A stretch of 64,000 nucleotides of DNA, taken from contig OZ252149.1 in assembly GCA_965248755.1 (NCBI GenBank), forward strand, positions 448,001 through 512,000. The letters are read 5' to 3'. Shown here one piece after another: positions 40,224 through 50,262 of the stretch. The notes under the pieces are model-generated. The model had not been told where the DNA came from. It worked only from the letters and a program-made list of their open reading frames with translations, and ran no database searches. Position numbers and translations under genes: made by a program. How positions within the stretch are numbered: the first letter of the stretch is position 1; every line of letters begins with the position of its first letter. The DNA comes from Candidatus Latescibacterota bacterium. GTDB lineage: Bacteria; Latescibacterota; CBDEFO01.

Positions 40224-41339
40224 TTAGAAAAATACGTGAAGTTCAAAGGTTAACCGATCTTCACTTTCCCGGGGTCTCTGAGGGATACTATCATTGATGC
40301 GGTAAAACACTCTCAACTGAAGAAACTGGGTTATGAAGGGTTCCAAGCCAATGGTTACCCTTTCGCTTTCGTCCTCATCAACTTCGGGATCTGCATCGAA
40401 AAATCGGTCCCAGAAATCGTAAGTCACCTTGAGGTTGATACCCTTTGTAATCAAAAAGTCAAGTTCCCCCAAAAGGACAAGCTCCTTTCCAAAACGGTCG
40501 TCTCTGTCACTATCTATAAAGTCTAACTCGCTTAAAAGAGTCAATCTTCCGAAATTTGCTCCCGCAAAGTGTCCATATACCTTCCTGGTCGTTCCGGGGA
40601 GCTTGTTCCTTGAAAACGATCCCCCGAACCTGAAATGTCTGAAAACAACAGAACCTATCAAGGACACCTGCTTACTCCTGTTGTCGTCAGATAATCCCCG
40701 TCCGGACCCGTTGCTTAGAGCTACGCTAAAAGAAAAAGGTCCGGGCTCTATGCCGCCTTCTATACCGAAATCTTGTTTTTTGTAGTTAAATCCTGTCTTT
40801 ATCCTTATAAATGCGTCATCGTCTAAAAGCCTTAATCCGAACGGGAGCAGCATCCTTCCCGCCTTGAAATAGCCCCTCAAGGGCAGATTGTATAAAATCC
40901 CGTATGCCTCCCTGTTGCTGGCACCCGACGGACCGAAGTTCTCATCCACATACAAAGTCAGAAAATCCTTTATAAGTTTCATCTCCACATAAGCGTTTGC
41001 GGTTCCGATCTCTATGCTGTTATCGTTTTCTCTATCCACTCCGAATATCGTCTGGTTATTAACCCTCAAGTCCGCGCCCAAGGATATATAATCGTTTAGC
41101 CTGTTGTCAAAAAGGGCCTCATTAGAGCGTTTGACAAATCTGTGGGGCAGACGAATGTAGCTGTAAATCAGGCCGAAATCGGTCCTTTTTCCTCCTCCCG
41201 TCGGATTCACATGGCACTGGCTGCACTTGTATCCCGTCCTTGCTGCCAGATAAGGCTCAGCGCGGCAGAACTTTGGAAGAACCCCGGCGCCCAAAACTAG
41301 TATCCAGATCAGACACACAGTCTTTAAGTTTTTTTTCAC
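40224..41339 (-). CDS. Outer-membrane beta-barrel with N-terminal c-type heme motif
   Basis: Signal peptide, CSQCH near the mature N-terminus, amphipathic strands, C-terminal ELHVFF. Confidence 0.75.
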   Translation of the reverse strand: MKKNLKTVCLIWILVLGAGVLPKFCRAEPYLAARTGYKCSQCHVNPTGGGKRTDFGLIYSYIRLPHRFVKRSNEALFDNRLNDYISLGADLRVNNQTIFGVDRENDNSIEIGTANAYVEMKLIKDFLTLYVDENFGPSGASNREAYGILYNLPLRGYFKAGRMLLPFGLRLLDDDAFIRIKTGFNYKKQDFGIEGGIEPGPFSFSVALSNGSGRGLSDDNRSKQVSLIGSVVFRHFRFGGSFSRNKLPGTTRKVYGHFAGANFGRLTLLSELDFIDSDRDDRFGKELVLLGELDFLITKGINLKVTYDFWDRFFDADPEVDEDESERVTIGLEPFITQFLQLRVFYRINDSIPQRPRESEDRLTFELHVFF

Positions 41340-41366
41340 CTTCCCTCCTGTGACTCGTAGAAGGGT

Positions 41367-42473
41367 TCAATCATTCTTAGCTCCTCTTAATATCCACTCC
41401 TTTATCACATCTATTTGCTCCTGGGGCAGGGGTCGCTCACCGGAAAAGAAAGGCGGCATCTGAACTCCCACGATTCCGTTCCTGCCTTCCAACTTCCAGA
41501 TTATATAGCTGTTCTCAGGGTCGCCCGGTACGACTCTCAGGACTTCCGGTTTTCCCTCGCTATCGACCCCGACCAAATTCTCGAAGGACTTGCCCTTCAG
41601 CAAGGTGGGCCTTTGGCCTCCTGCGAAGTGGCAAAATATACATATTGCGCTAAATACATTTTCCTGAATAGCTGACAGCGTAGGCGGGAAGGGTCCGGGA
41701 ATCTGGACGCTGACGCTGATGTTGACCACCACACTCGATTCGTCGCTGTCATTGCTTATGATCTCTAACGCACCCGCACCTGATGTATCTTGGAGGAGTA
41801 ATGTGTTGATCACCAGCTTAAGGAGCATCGACCCACCTGGTGGTACTGTCTCATCAGATGACGCCAGGGGGGTGATCCAGGCGACAGTGGGGACGAGACT
41901 TATCAACACCAGATCGGCAGTTCCCCTGTTCTGGATAGTCACAGTAAGAGTGTCCGACTCTCCTTCCACTATTTCTGCGATAAGGTCAAGGGGGGCAACA
42001 TTTATCTCCGGCAGCGGCATCTCTGTGACGGTCAGTACGATTGCGATTGTCTCAGATGGACTCTCTGCGTCGTCGCTCATGATAGTCAGCGCACCCTCTG
42101 ATGAGCCGAGGGGAATGTCTGTCGCATCAATAATAATGAGGATCTCCATCGACTCGTCTTGGCCCAGCGCTTTGGAGGTCACACCCGGCGTGGCCCACGG
42201 CACATCCGAGCTGACACTCAAGACAGTCAGCGGAAACCCTCCCACGTTTGTGACCGTCAACGAGACTGTGTCGACCGTTTCCTGAGTCAGTGAAAGGCTG
42301 ACCTGTCCGGGTGCCACCTGGATCTGAGGCGGACCGAGAGGATTCCCCTGCGGATCCAAAGTGCTGCCGTCTCCGGAACAGGACAGAGCAGAAATAGCGA
42401 ACCACAACAATAGACAAAAAATCCAAACTACCCTATTTTCCGCCTTGATAGTCCCCTTCCTTCGTCTTCTCAT
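41367..42473 (-). CDS. Lipoprotein with two Ig-like repeats and C-terminal monoheme cytochrome c domain
   Basis: Lipobox ALS-C, repeated TVTNxG...W...IxSxD units, CIFCH, QMPP distal Met, WILRGA. Confidence 0.78.
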   Translation of the reverse strand: MRRRRKGTIKAENRVVWIFCLLLWFAISALSCSGDGSTLDPQGNPLGPPQIQVAPGQVSLSLTQETVDTVSLTVTNVGGFPLTVLSVSSDVPWATPGVTSKALGQDESMEILIIIDATDIPLGSSEGALTIMSDDAESPSETIAIVLTVTEMPLPEINVAPLDLIAEIVEGESDTLTVTIQNRGTADLVLISLVPTVAWITPLASSDETVPPGGSMLLKLVINTLLLQDTSGAGALEIISNDSDESSVVVNISVSVQIPGPFPPTLSAIQENVFSAICIFCHFAGGQRPTLLKGKSFENLVGVDSEGKPEVLRVVPGDPENSYIIWKLEGRNGIVGVQMPPFFSGERPLPQEQIDVIKEWILRGAKND

Positions 42474-43401
42474 TATCCTCCCAGAACACCCTGTAAAAGA
42501 ATCCCTTTTTCTCTGTAAGCGACTGAACGTAGTGAACCAAAGACCACTTCCTACTCACCTCTAAAGCGGTCTCCTCCTCATCAGACATAGTGTCCCTTTC
42601 CTGCCTTGTAATCAGACTCTTTATGTACTCCTTAACCCCTTCGATTTCATCATCAGAGTAATAACCCTCAAAGGTCACAAGGTCCTGATAGCTTTCTCTC
42701 GTAAAGAGAAAACTCCTGGCGTAGGAGGGCATGGGAGTTCCGCTCAAGCCCGTATTAAACACCCTGTAGATGTCCTTATTCGCCCGACCGCCTTTGTACT
42801 CTCCCTTTGTAAAATCGTAAGCCTCTATCGGATTTCCCCAGCTATCTTTGAGATTATCGGAAGAGGGTCCATCCCCTTTTCCCCTCTTGCCGTGGCATTT
42901 CCAGCACTGCATGAGCATGTATATCTTTTCACCCTGGGCTATCGTCTCCTTGGTGACCGGAATCTCCGCTGGTATATCTATCGGCGCTTTAGGTCTTCTC
43001 TTTTCAAACTTACTTGAAAAGGTCTTGATGTACTGAATTACAAACATCCGCTCGCCCTCCGAGAGAATATCTCCCCAGGCGGGCATGGAAGTACCCGGAA
43101 CTCCCCTGGATATAGTCCTGAATATATCCTCATCTGCAGGAAGAGATCCCGATGGCGTAGAGCGGAACTTGTAAGCCCCCTTGGTAAAGTCTCTCGGCTT
43201 GGGATCAAGATACTTCGCAGCGGGTCCACTTCCGTTCCCGCTCTGGCTATGACACGCTGCGCACGCCTTTTTGTATATCCTCTCTCCCCTGAGGGCTGAG
43301 ACGCTCCATTCTTTTCTTGATGCGCTGTCAGATGAAGACACTGTGCAAGGAACACAAAGCCACAAGACACTGACGGTCCAGAAAAGCAGAAGCCATCTCA
43401 T
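42433..43401 (-). CDS. Periplasmic diheme cytochrome c
   Basis: Signal peptide, CAACH and CWKCH, PRDFTKG, GTSMP and GTPMP. Confidence 0.88.
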   Translation of the reverse strand: MRWLLLFWTVSVLWLCVPCTVSSSDSASRKEWSVSALRGERIYKKACAACHSQSGNGSGPAAKYLDPKPRDFTKGAYKFRSTPSGSLPADEDIFRTISRGVPGTSMPAWGDILSEGERMFVIQYIKTFSSKFEKRRPKAPIDIPAEIPVTKETIAQGEKIYMLMQCWKCHGKRGKGDGPSSDNLKDSWGNPIEAYDFTKGEYKGGRANKDIYRVFNTGLSGTPMPSYARSFLFTRESYQDLVTFEGYYSDDEIEGVKEYIKSLITRQERDTMSDEEETALEVSRKWSLVHYVQSLTEKKGFFYRVFWEDNEKTKEGDYQGGK

Positions 43402-43692
43402 TTTTATCTTTCTTAATCATCCTTCACAAATAAAAAGCGACAGACACTGCAACCCAGCGCCTGAACGTATTTTCTTCTGTGCCCTCGATAACACAAGCAA
43501 TTTAATATATAAGATATAAAATGTCAAGGAAGATTTGACGCACATATAGATAGCCCTAAGCATAAGCTTAAGTTTATAGTTGACAATCATCTTTTGCCGT
43601 TTTATCTTTTCTCATGAGTAGAACTTTAGTCATAGGCACAGCAAATCGCAGATTAAACTATCTTATGCGATAACCCAAAGAAGGGGATAAGA

Positions 43693-44541
43693 ATAAAAGT
43701 ATCAAAAGATAAAATCAGGAGGCCTGCAGTTGCGGGTCAGTTCTACTCTGGCGACCCTGAGGTCCTAAAAAGAGAGGTTGTGGAACTTTTAGAGCACGCC
43801 GATGACGCCGATATCAAGGGACAAATCACAGCCCTTGTGTGTCCACACGCGGGATACCCCTACTCAGGCAGGATAGCCGCATCAGCCTACAAACAGATCC
43901 AGGGACAGGACATAGACACAGTCGTGGTCACGGCCCCAAGCCACAGGGATTTCTTCCGGGGGGCCTCCATCTACAACGGAGGATCCTACCAGACCCCATT
44001 GGGGACTATTCCTGTGGATGTGGAACTTGCTTGTGCCATGGTCCAGCAAGATCCTGACATATTCCGTCTCGGAGACGACGGGCACAAGGATGAACACTCC
44101 TTAGAAGTTCAACTTCCCTTTTTGCAGGAAACCCTAAAAAACTTCAAGATCATCCCCATAGTCCTTTGCGAGCTTTCTCTTGATCTTGTAAAACGCCTCG
44201 CCGACGTTGTTGCCTCCGCTATAAAGGGCAGGAAACTCCTCATCGTCGCAAGCTCTGACCTCTATCACGGTTACTCATATAAAGAGTGCTTACGATCCGA
44301 TTCTAATACCCTCTCCAAGATCGAAGAGTTCGACCCTGAGGGCTTTTTTGAAGGAATCCAGAAAGAGGCCTACCATGCCTGTGGGGCAGGACCTATAACC
44401 ACAGCCCTTTTAGCCGCCCGGAAGATAGGAGCTGACAAGGCCCAAATAATCGCAAGGACTAACTCCAACGACGTGACGGGTCAAAAGTTCGGGTACGTCG
44501 TTGGCTACGGAGCCTCCGTCATCTATAAGTCCGATCTGTAA
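43693..44541 (+). CDS. amrB: AmmeMemoRadiSam protein B (MEMO1 family)
   Basis: IRRPAVAGQFY, PHAGY, EHSLEVQLPFLQ, SSDLYH, ACG, VVGY. Start uncertain (see findings). Confidence 0.88.
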   Translation: MKVSKDKIRRPAVAGQFYSGDPEVLKREVVELLEHADDADIKGQITALVCPHAGYPYSGRIAASAYKQIQGQDIDTVVVTAPSHRDFFRGASIYNGGSYQTPLGTIPVDVELACAMVQQDPDIFRLGDDGHKDEHSLEVQLPFLQETLKNFKIIPIVLCELSLDLVKRLADVVASAIKGRKLLIVASSDLYHGYSYKECLRSDSNTLSKIEEFDPEGFFEGIQKEAYHACGAGPITTALLAARKIGADKAQIIARTNSNDVTGQKFGYVVGYGASVIYKSDL

Positions 44542-44562
44542 GCGAAAACCGGTGGAAAGAAA

Positions 44563-45108
44563 ATGGGATTTTCCGAAGATGAGAAGGAAAAACTGCTCAA
44601 AATCGCCAGAACCACTGTAGAGCAGGCCGCAAAGGGGAAAGGAATCCCCGACTTTGAAGTGGAATCGGAGGCGCTGAAAAAGGAGTGCGGCGCCTTCGTC
44701 AGCATCCACAAGGGCAAAGACTTAAGAGGATGCGTAGGCTTCATACGCGCCTGTGATCCCCTGTACATCACAGTCCGAAACGCCGCCGAAGCCGCAGCGA
44801 CACGAGACCACAGATTCTCCCCCCTGAAAAAGGGAGAACTTGGCAGAATAAAACTCGAAATCTCCGTCCTCTCCCCCCTAAAGAAGATAGAAAATGTAGA
44901 AGAGATCCAAGTCGGAAGAGACGGGATAGTGATAAGAAAAGGAGAAAACCAGGGGCTTCTTCTTCCTCAAGTTGCGACTGAGTTCGACTGGGATCTCACG
45001 ACGTTCCTGGAACACACGTGCCTTAAAACCAATCTCCCGAAAGACTCCTGGAAAGACCCCAAAGCAGAAATATGGATCTTTTCAGCCGATATAATCCAGG
45101 AGAAGTAG
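44563..45108 (+). CDS. amrA: AmmeMemoRadiSam protein A (AMMECR1 family)
   Basis: GAFVS, LRGCVG, EISVLSP, LLLPQVA, CLK. Confidence 0.92.
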   Translation: MGFSEDEKEKLLKIARTTVEQAAKGKGIPDFEVESEALKKECGAFVSIHKGKDLRGCVGFIRACDPLYITVRNAAEAAATRDHRFSPLKKGELGRIKLEISVLSPLKKIENVEEIQVGRDGIVIRKGENQGLLLPQVATEFDWDLTTFLEHTCLKTNLPKDSWKDPKAEIWIFSADIIQEK

Positions 45109-45131
45109 AAGACAAGTAGACAAAAGTAAGG

Positions 45132-45229
45132 GAGATTGCTTCGGGATTTCATCCCTCGTAATGACCAAAGGACAAGCAACTTCATTGCGAGCGAAGCGAA
45201 GCAATCTGGTGGGATGGGAGGCAGTGCCC
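45132..45229. repeat. GTCATTGCGAG-family repeat pair between convergent genes
   Basis: gagattgcttcg...ctcgtaatgac and tcattgcgagcgaagcgaagcaatct. Confidence 0.78.
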
Positions 45230-45244
45230 GTGTCTACTATCTTC

Positions 45245-46666
45245 TCAAAATTTATAATTTCCAGAGAAGAACAACCTCTTCGTCTCCTCGTCCCGGTCGA
45301 CTTCAGATCTTATCTGTCTGAAGACTGCGCGCGACCATGCAAAGTCCAACTGAAGCGACTGATCTATCAGGACTCCTGCTCCTAATGTGATAAAGTCCCT
45401 GTCGTCCCTTATATCGACAGGAAGCTCTCCGAGCACGGTCAAGGTCGGACCTATGAAAGATAGCGGATCTCTGTAGAATCCTCCCCGCAGTTTGACCTCG
45501 ATGGCCGGCAGTGAATATTCGGCTCCTATGTGGAATCTGGTGACTCCTTTGTACTGCTTATCGAAGTCAGCTTTTCCGTCCCCATCTATGTCCTCTACAA
45601 AGGAGATCTCTTCACGGAACTCATCCTGGAAGGTAAAGATAGGGTCCTCTTTGAACTCGGTCTCATCCCAGGATGCGAAGCTTACATCGGCGCTCAAAAG
45701 GAAATTGGAAAGAGACAGCGATCCTCCGAGTCCGAACTCGAAGGGGATGCGGATTTTGTACTCTCCCAAAAAAGGCGTAGGAGGCCTAAAATCTATTGTT
45801 AGGCTATCTGGGTCTTCCTCGAACCAAAGGGTATCCGCAAATTCACTCCTACCTTCCACCTTTATCTTATAGGTGACGGGACTGGAGACGGTAGCTCCGA
45901 GACGAATATGTTCTCCCCCTTTTATCAGCATCCCGAACTTGGCGTTGAATCCGCTGTATTCATCGGATCGGGATATTGTGTTAAAGAGACCGATTAAGTC
46001 TGGATTAGTGTCAGGGTCATTGGCTAATGATTTGGCAGAAAGATCGGCTCTTTGGGAAAATTCGTCGCCGCCGTCCCATATATTCAGACTTAATCCCAAA
46101 GAGACAGACGGCGAAATGTCCGTCGCGCCTGCTATGGAAAAGACCCCCAATCCTCCTTCATCTCTTTGCTGGACATCGTTCTCATATTCAAATATGGTGT
46201 CATCCACACCTTTATATCGGATCTTCGAATCGAAATCTTTGATCCTGTTATAGCCTATAGCGAAGACCAGGCTCCCCTGATATACGGGTACAGGATAAAC
46301 AAACCCCAAAGACCCGAGGGGCGTGTTGGAGATGTCAGCCGAACTTTTGGTCCCAAAGAAGCTCGTGTCCGTTTCGTGTCTGGTTTGGATGATAGCGCCA
46401 TATATTTCGGCTCTTTTTATCTGAGCCAATCCGGCGGGGTTCCAGTAGGTGGCGGAAAAGTCATCTGCGACTCCGATATAGGCTCCTCCCATCCCCATAG
46501 CCCTCGCCCCCACACCTGAGAAATTGTCTATAGACACCTCCTGACCCGACGCACTTCCTGAAGCTAAAAAGAATATAACCGCCCAGAGAGTTCTGATCCC
46601 GGACCCCCGATTTAATCGGCGCTTCACTCGGGGACAGGGTTGATCAATAGAACGATCCATCTCCAT
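45245..46666 (-). CDS. OmpP1/FadL-like outer-membrane protein
   Basis: GARAMGMGGA, YWNPAGL, beta-strand pattern, C-terminal YKF. Confidence 0.85.
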   Translation of the reverse strand: MEMDRSIDQPCPRVKRRLNRGSGIRTLWAVIFFLASGSASGQEVSIDNFSGVGARAMGMGGAYIGVADDFSATYWNPAGLAQIKRAEIYGAIIQTRHETDTSFFGTKSSADISNTPLGSLGFVYPVPVYQGSLVFAIGYNRIKDFDSKIRYKGVDDTIFEYENDVQQRDEGGLGVFSIAGATDISPSVSLGLSLNIWDGGDEFSQRADLSAKSLANDPDTNPDLIGLFNTISRSDEYSGFNAKFGMLIKGGEHIRLGATVSSPVTYKIKVEGRSEFADTLWFEEDPDSLTIDFRPPTPFLGEYKIRIPFEFGLGGSLSLSNFLLSADVSFASWDETEFKEDPIFTFQDEFREEISFVEDIDGDGKADFDKQYKGVTRFHIGAEYSLPAIEVKLRGGFYRDPLSFIGPTLTVLGELPVDIRDDRDFITLGAGVLIDQSLQLDFAWSRAVFRQIRSEVDRDEETKRLFFSGNYKF

Positions 46667-46953
46667 TCCTTTCTATCCGTTGGTAGCTCAGACGACTTCG
46701 TGTGCTTATCACTTTCTTGCCACATCCTGCCTCCTGCAGGAGAGGGGTGGCAGCGATGCACGGAGTGCCCTCCCCCCCGATTGAATCTATTTGGGAGTCA
46801 GGGATCAATATGTTTGAAGGCGTCTGTTTGCCTTATGTTATGAACTAATCGAAGCTTTAAGTTAGACTAATCAGGCCTCGTTTGGTTTCCGAGCTTTTTT
46901 AAGTGCACAAAAAACAAGTCCCTGAAGTCAGCGCGCGATAGCAACGAGAAACT

Positions 46954-47434
46954 CTACTCTTTACCGTCTCTATGTATAATATGCTCTGTCACCTCAGGGA
47001 TCGAATTGAGGGATTCTTGCAGGAATGTCGGGTATAGTGGGATCTTGTCAAGTTCGGAAGGTTGAAACCACTTAAAGATCAGCATCATTCCTTCTTCATC
47101 TCCTCTAAACGGTTCATCTGTCTTATTAAGATGGCGATCATTTGGAAAGGTCATCAAAAAATAGAATCCTAACTCGTGATTGGATTTGCCGTCATGTTCA
47201 AAGAAGTTTTCGACAACCCAGACCAATCTCTCAACCTGGATCTCAACACCGAGTTCCTCTCGCATCTCCCTTCTCAGTGCACCTGTTGCGGGCTCCAGTA
47301 GCTCACATCTCCCTCCCGGCAGGCACCCAGGAGTCATCTATTCTTGTTCTGTGAAGCAGAACTCGATCGCCATTCAAGACGATCCCGGCTACTTGATAAG
47401 TGAACTTTATTTTATCTTTTTCAAATCTGATCAT
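46954..47434 (-). pseudogene. NUDIX hydrolase with single-base frameshift
   Basis: MIRFEKDKIKFTYQVAGIVLNGDRVLLHR...W in one frame; LPGGRCE...REMREELG in the next; extra G near 47328. Confidence 0.8.
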
Positions 47435-47468
47435 TTTCCTGGAGACCGCGATTTCATTTACCATCTAC

Positions 47469-48203
47469 CTATCGCGAGGCCGCCACCACACCGACCGGCT
47501 TTATATTGTCAACCACCACTTCCACGGTCACCGCCTTGGGGGACTGCACAGCCAAAAACAGAGCCGCATGGGCTATGTCTTCAGGGTCCATCCACTCGGA
47601 CCAATCCTCATCGGGGTAACCAGCTTTGGACATCTCAGTCGCCACCACTGCCGGACAGATCACGTTGACTTTTATGTCAAACTCTTTGACCTCCTCAGAT
47701 AGGGAATGTGTAAATCCTACAACAGCGAACTTGGAGGCACAGTACGCCGTCCGCTTTGGGAAACCTATTTTTCCAGCCAAAGACGAGATGTTAATTATAT
47801 GTCCGCTCTTCTGCTCCATCATAGCCTCTATCACAGCCTTTGAGCAGAGAAACGTCCCTCTTACATTCACAGCCATAGTTTCGTCCCACTGACTGACTGT
47901 AGTGTCCTTGAGAGTCTCCCTGAAGATCGCTCCAGCGCTGTTTACAAGGACGTCAATCCTGCCAAAGACATCCATCGTCCTTTCGACCATACCGTAAACG
48001 TCGCTTTCTTCCGACACATCGGCTGTCAACGGGAGCGCCTCGACTCCTAATGACTGTGCTTCTTTTGCCACCTTCTCTATTTCTGACTCGGTCCTTGCCA
48101 CAGGGACAATATTTGCACCTTCTCTGGCAAAAGCCAAGGCTATGGCTCTCCCGATTCCCCTTCCTCCTCCCGTTATGATAGCTGTTTTGTCTTTCATCTG
48201 CAT
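47469..48203 (-). CDS. SDR-family oxidoreductase
   Basis: TGGGRGIG, NSAG, YCASK. Confidence 0.92.
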   Translation of the reverse strand: MQMKDKTAIITGGGRGIGRAIALAFAREGANIVPVARTESEIEKVAKEAQSLGVEALPLTADVSEESDVYGMVERTMDVFGRIDVLVNSAGAIFRETLKDTTVSQWDETMAVNVRGTFLCSKAVIEAMMEQKSGHIINISSLAGKIGFPKRTAYCASKFAVVGFTHSLSEEVKEFDIKVNVICPAVVATEMSKAGYPDEDWSEWMDPEDIAHAALFLAVQSPKAVTVEVVVDNIKPVGVVAASR

Positions 48204-48276
48204 GTGATATCTCCTCCATAAAGGCAGTAGATCCCCGATTGAATCTATCGGGCATAACAGGGCACCGCCGTAAACA

Positions 48277-48385
48277 GGGCACCACCTCCCGTCCCACCAG
48301 ATTGTTTCGGGCCGGGCGTCCCTCGCAATGACACTAAAGAATAATCAACGCCATTACGAGCCGAAGCCCAGAGCGAAGCGATCTC
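48277..48385. repeat. GTCATTGCGAG-family repeat pair
   Basis: gggcaccacctcccgtcccaccagattgtttcg is the approximate reverse complement of 45197-45229; ctcgcaatgac present. Confidence 0.72.
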
Positions 48386-48431
48386 AGAAGGGGGAAGATG
48401 TGCTCCCCGTATGCTATCTATTGTTTGGTGT

Positions 48432-49448
48432 CTACTTAATCTTGACCTCTTTCCCCGTCTTAGATGAGCGATAAATCCCGTCGATCATCTGCATCAGCAA
48501 AACCCCCTGCTCGGCTGACGGCATAGGTTCTTTACCCTTGGTGATGCAATCTATAAAGTGCTCGATCTCCAAGGCAAATGGGTTTAAGTCCTTCACATTG
48601 GGAGTGATGTCCAGAAACGTGCCCTTCCGCTCTGTGTATATCACAAGCGGGTCTAATCGCGCTCCACCTTTGGTTCCAGCGATAGTATTAAACGATCCGC
48701 TTTCATAGTTGACCGCCCAGGTAGCCTCTACGTAGAGCGTAGCGCCATTCTCGAACTTAATGAGTCCAAACGCCGAATCGTCCACGTCAAATTTGACCTT
48801 CCTGGGGAGGGTATGTCCGAACTCTGAATAGACCGATCCCGACACAGATACTGGCTTGGGATTTCCCATCATATACCATGCCCTGTCGAGCGCGTGAACC
48901 CCGATGTCAATCAGTGCTCCCCCTCCCGCTCTCGACTTGTCCAGAAACCAGCCTCCAGAACCTAAGGGGATATCTCTCCTCCTGACATAACCTGTCTTGG
49001 CGAAATATATCTTTCCTAAATCTCCTGACTCCACAAAATCCTTAACTATCTGGACGTCGGCCCTGAAGCGCTGCATCAGGGCGTACATGAGTATCTTGCC
49101 GTTCCCCAATGCCACATTTGCCATCTTTTGTGCCTCTCTGGCGTTCAGTGCGGGAGGCTTTTCACATAAGACGTGCTTGCTGGCTTTCAGGGCGTCAATA
49201 GTAACCGGGCTGTGCAGATAGTTCGGAAGACATACGCTCACAGCATCTATTTTCTCATTTCTCAACAGATCCTCGTGGTCGCTATAAACTTCCTTCACAT
49301 CATTTTCCGAAGCTATCCTTTCGGCAAGCTCTGCGTCAATATCGCACAGCGCCTCCACCTCAACTTGCTTTATAGCCTTATAGTGCTTCAGGTGTTCTTG
49401 TCCAGGCCAGCCTAAACCTAGTACCCCTATCCTCACTTTCCGGGGCAT
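48432..49448 (-). CDS. Gfo/Idh/MocA-family oxidoreductase
   Basis: GLGWPG, HVLCEKP, GGGALIDIGVH. Start moved to ATG 49448. Confidence 0.92.
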   Translation of the reverse strand: MPRKVRIGVLGLGWPGQEHLKHYKAIKQVEVEALCDIDAELAERIASENDVKEVYSDHEDLLRNEKIDAVSVCLPNYLHSPVTIDALKASKHVLCEKPPALNAREAQKMANVALGNGKILMYALMQRFRADVQIVKDFVESGDLGKIYFAKTGYVRRRDIPLGSGGWFLDKSRAGGGALIDIGVHALDRAWYMMGNPKPVSVSGSVYSEFGHTLPRKVKFDVDDSAFGLIKFENGATLYVEATWAVNYESGSFNTIAGTKGGARLDPLVIYTERKGTFLDITPNVKDLNPFALEIEHFIDCITKGKEPMPSAEQGVLLMQMIDGIYRSSKTGKEVKIK

Positions 49449-49589
49449 TTTCAAGTCCTCCGCAGCATACGTGGTTACATCGTGATAAAATAAGCGACTC
49501 GGCACCATCGGAAAAGAGGACGGAGTCTATCTGAACACGATAAGCGTGCATTACAGCTCGCTCGGCAGAAGAAGCAGTTCAGACACATA

Positions 49590-49735
49590 CACCCTGCAGC
49601 TCCTTTGGGCTCCGAGCAGCCAGCTCCACCTTCGCCTCTTCTTCTCCAACAGTTAAGGCGATAGCTTTGCCTATACCTATCCTGCTTCCCACGATAATCG
49701 CAGTTTTACCTTCTGGCAGCTTGCCCAAACGACAT
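49590..49735 (-). pseudogene. N-terminal remnant of an SDR oxidoreductase
   Basis: Minus strand reads EGKTAIIVGSRIGIGKAIAL then, frameshifted, AKVELAARSPKEL. Confidence 0.6.
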
Positions 49736-50012
49736 GCTTTCCTATCATAACTCTACATTGCTATTTACGTCCAAACGATACATGGGCCAATATAGCCAAG
49801 ATCGATTTCAAAGTCAACCCCCGATTCAATCCATTTGGAGGAGAAGTTTCTCACAATTGAGTATAGCGTTCATAGAACTGTGTTTCCCCTTGCGCATTCT
49901 GTTGCAATGTCCTATTTTATCTTATATCGGATCAAATCAGCACAAAAGGTACCATAGAGAATAAAGATGGCTTAAAACTTGTCCTCACGAAAGTGGGGAA
50001 CGGAGGGAGATA

Positions 50013-50222
50013 ATGGTGAACGATACAACTTATGAAGATTTGACTGTGCAGAGGGAACAGGCCGTTCAGATCGTCCTTGCCACCATAAACAACGGAACGC
50101 TATCTATCGGATCGTTTCCCAAGGGACACCAGGCCAGACGCAATGAGATATGCAGATACATCGAGGTTATCGCTAAATCGGCGTACGAATCGGTCAGGAA
50201 CATGAGGCCGGAGGGTGAATAG
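50013..50222 (+). CDS. Small hypothetical protein
   Basis: 69-aa ORF with strong GGAGGGAG SD. Confidence 0.6.
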   Translation: MVNDTTYEDLTVQREQAVQIVLATINNGTLSIGSFPKGHQARRNEICRYIEVIAKSAYESVRNMRPEGE

Positions 50223-50262
50223 CCTTAAAGCTGAGTTCGGCAAGTGCAAGAACATCTTAGCA

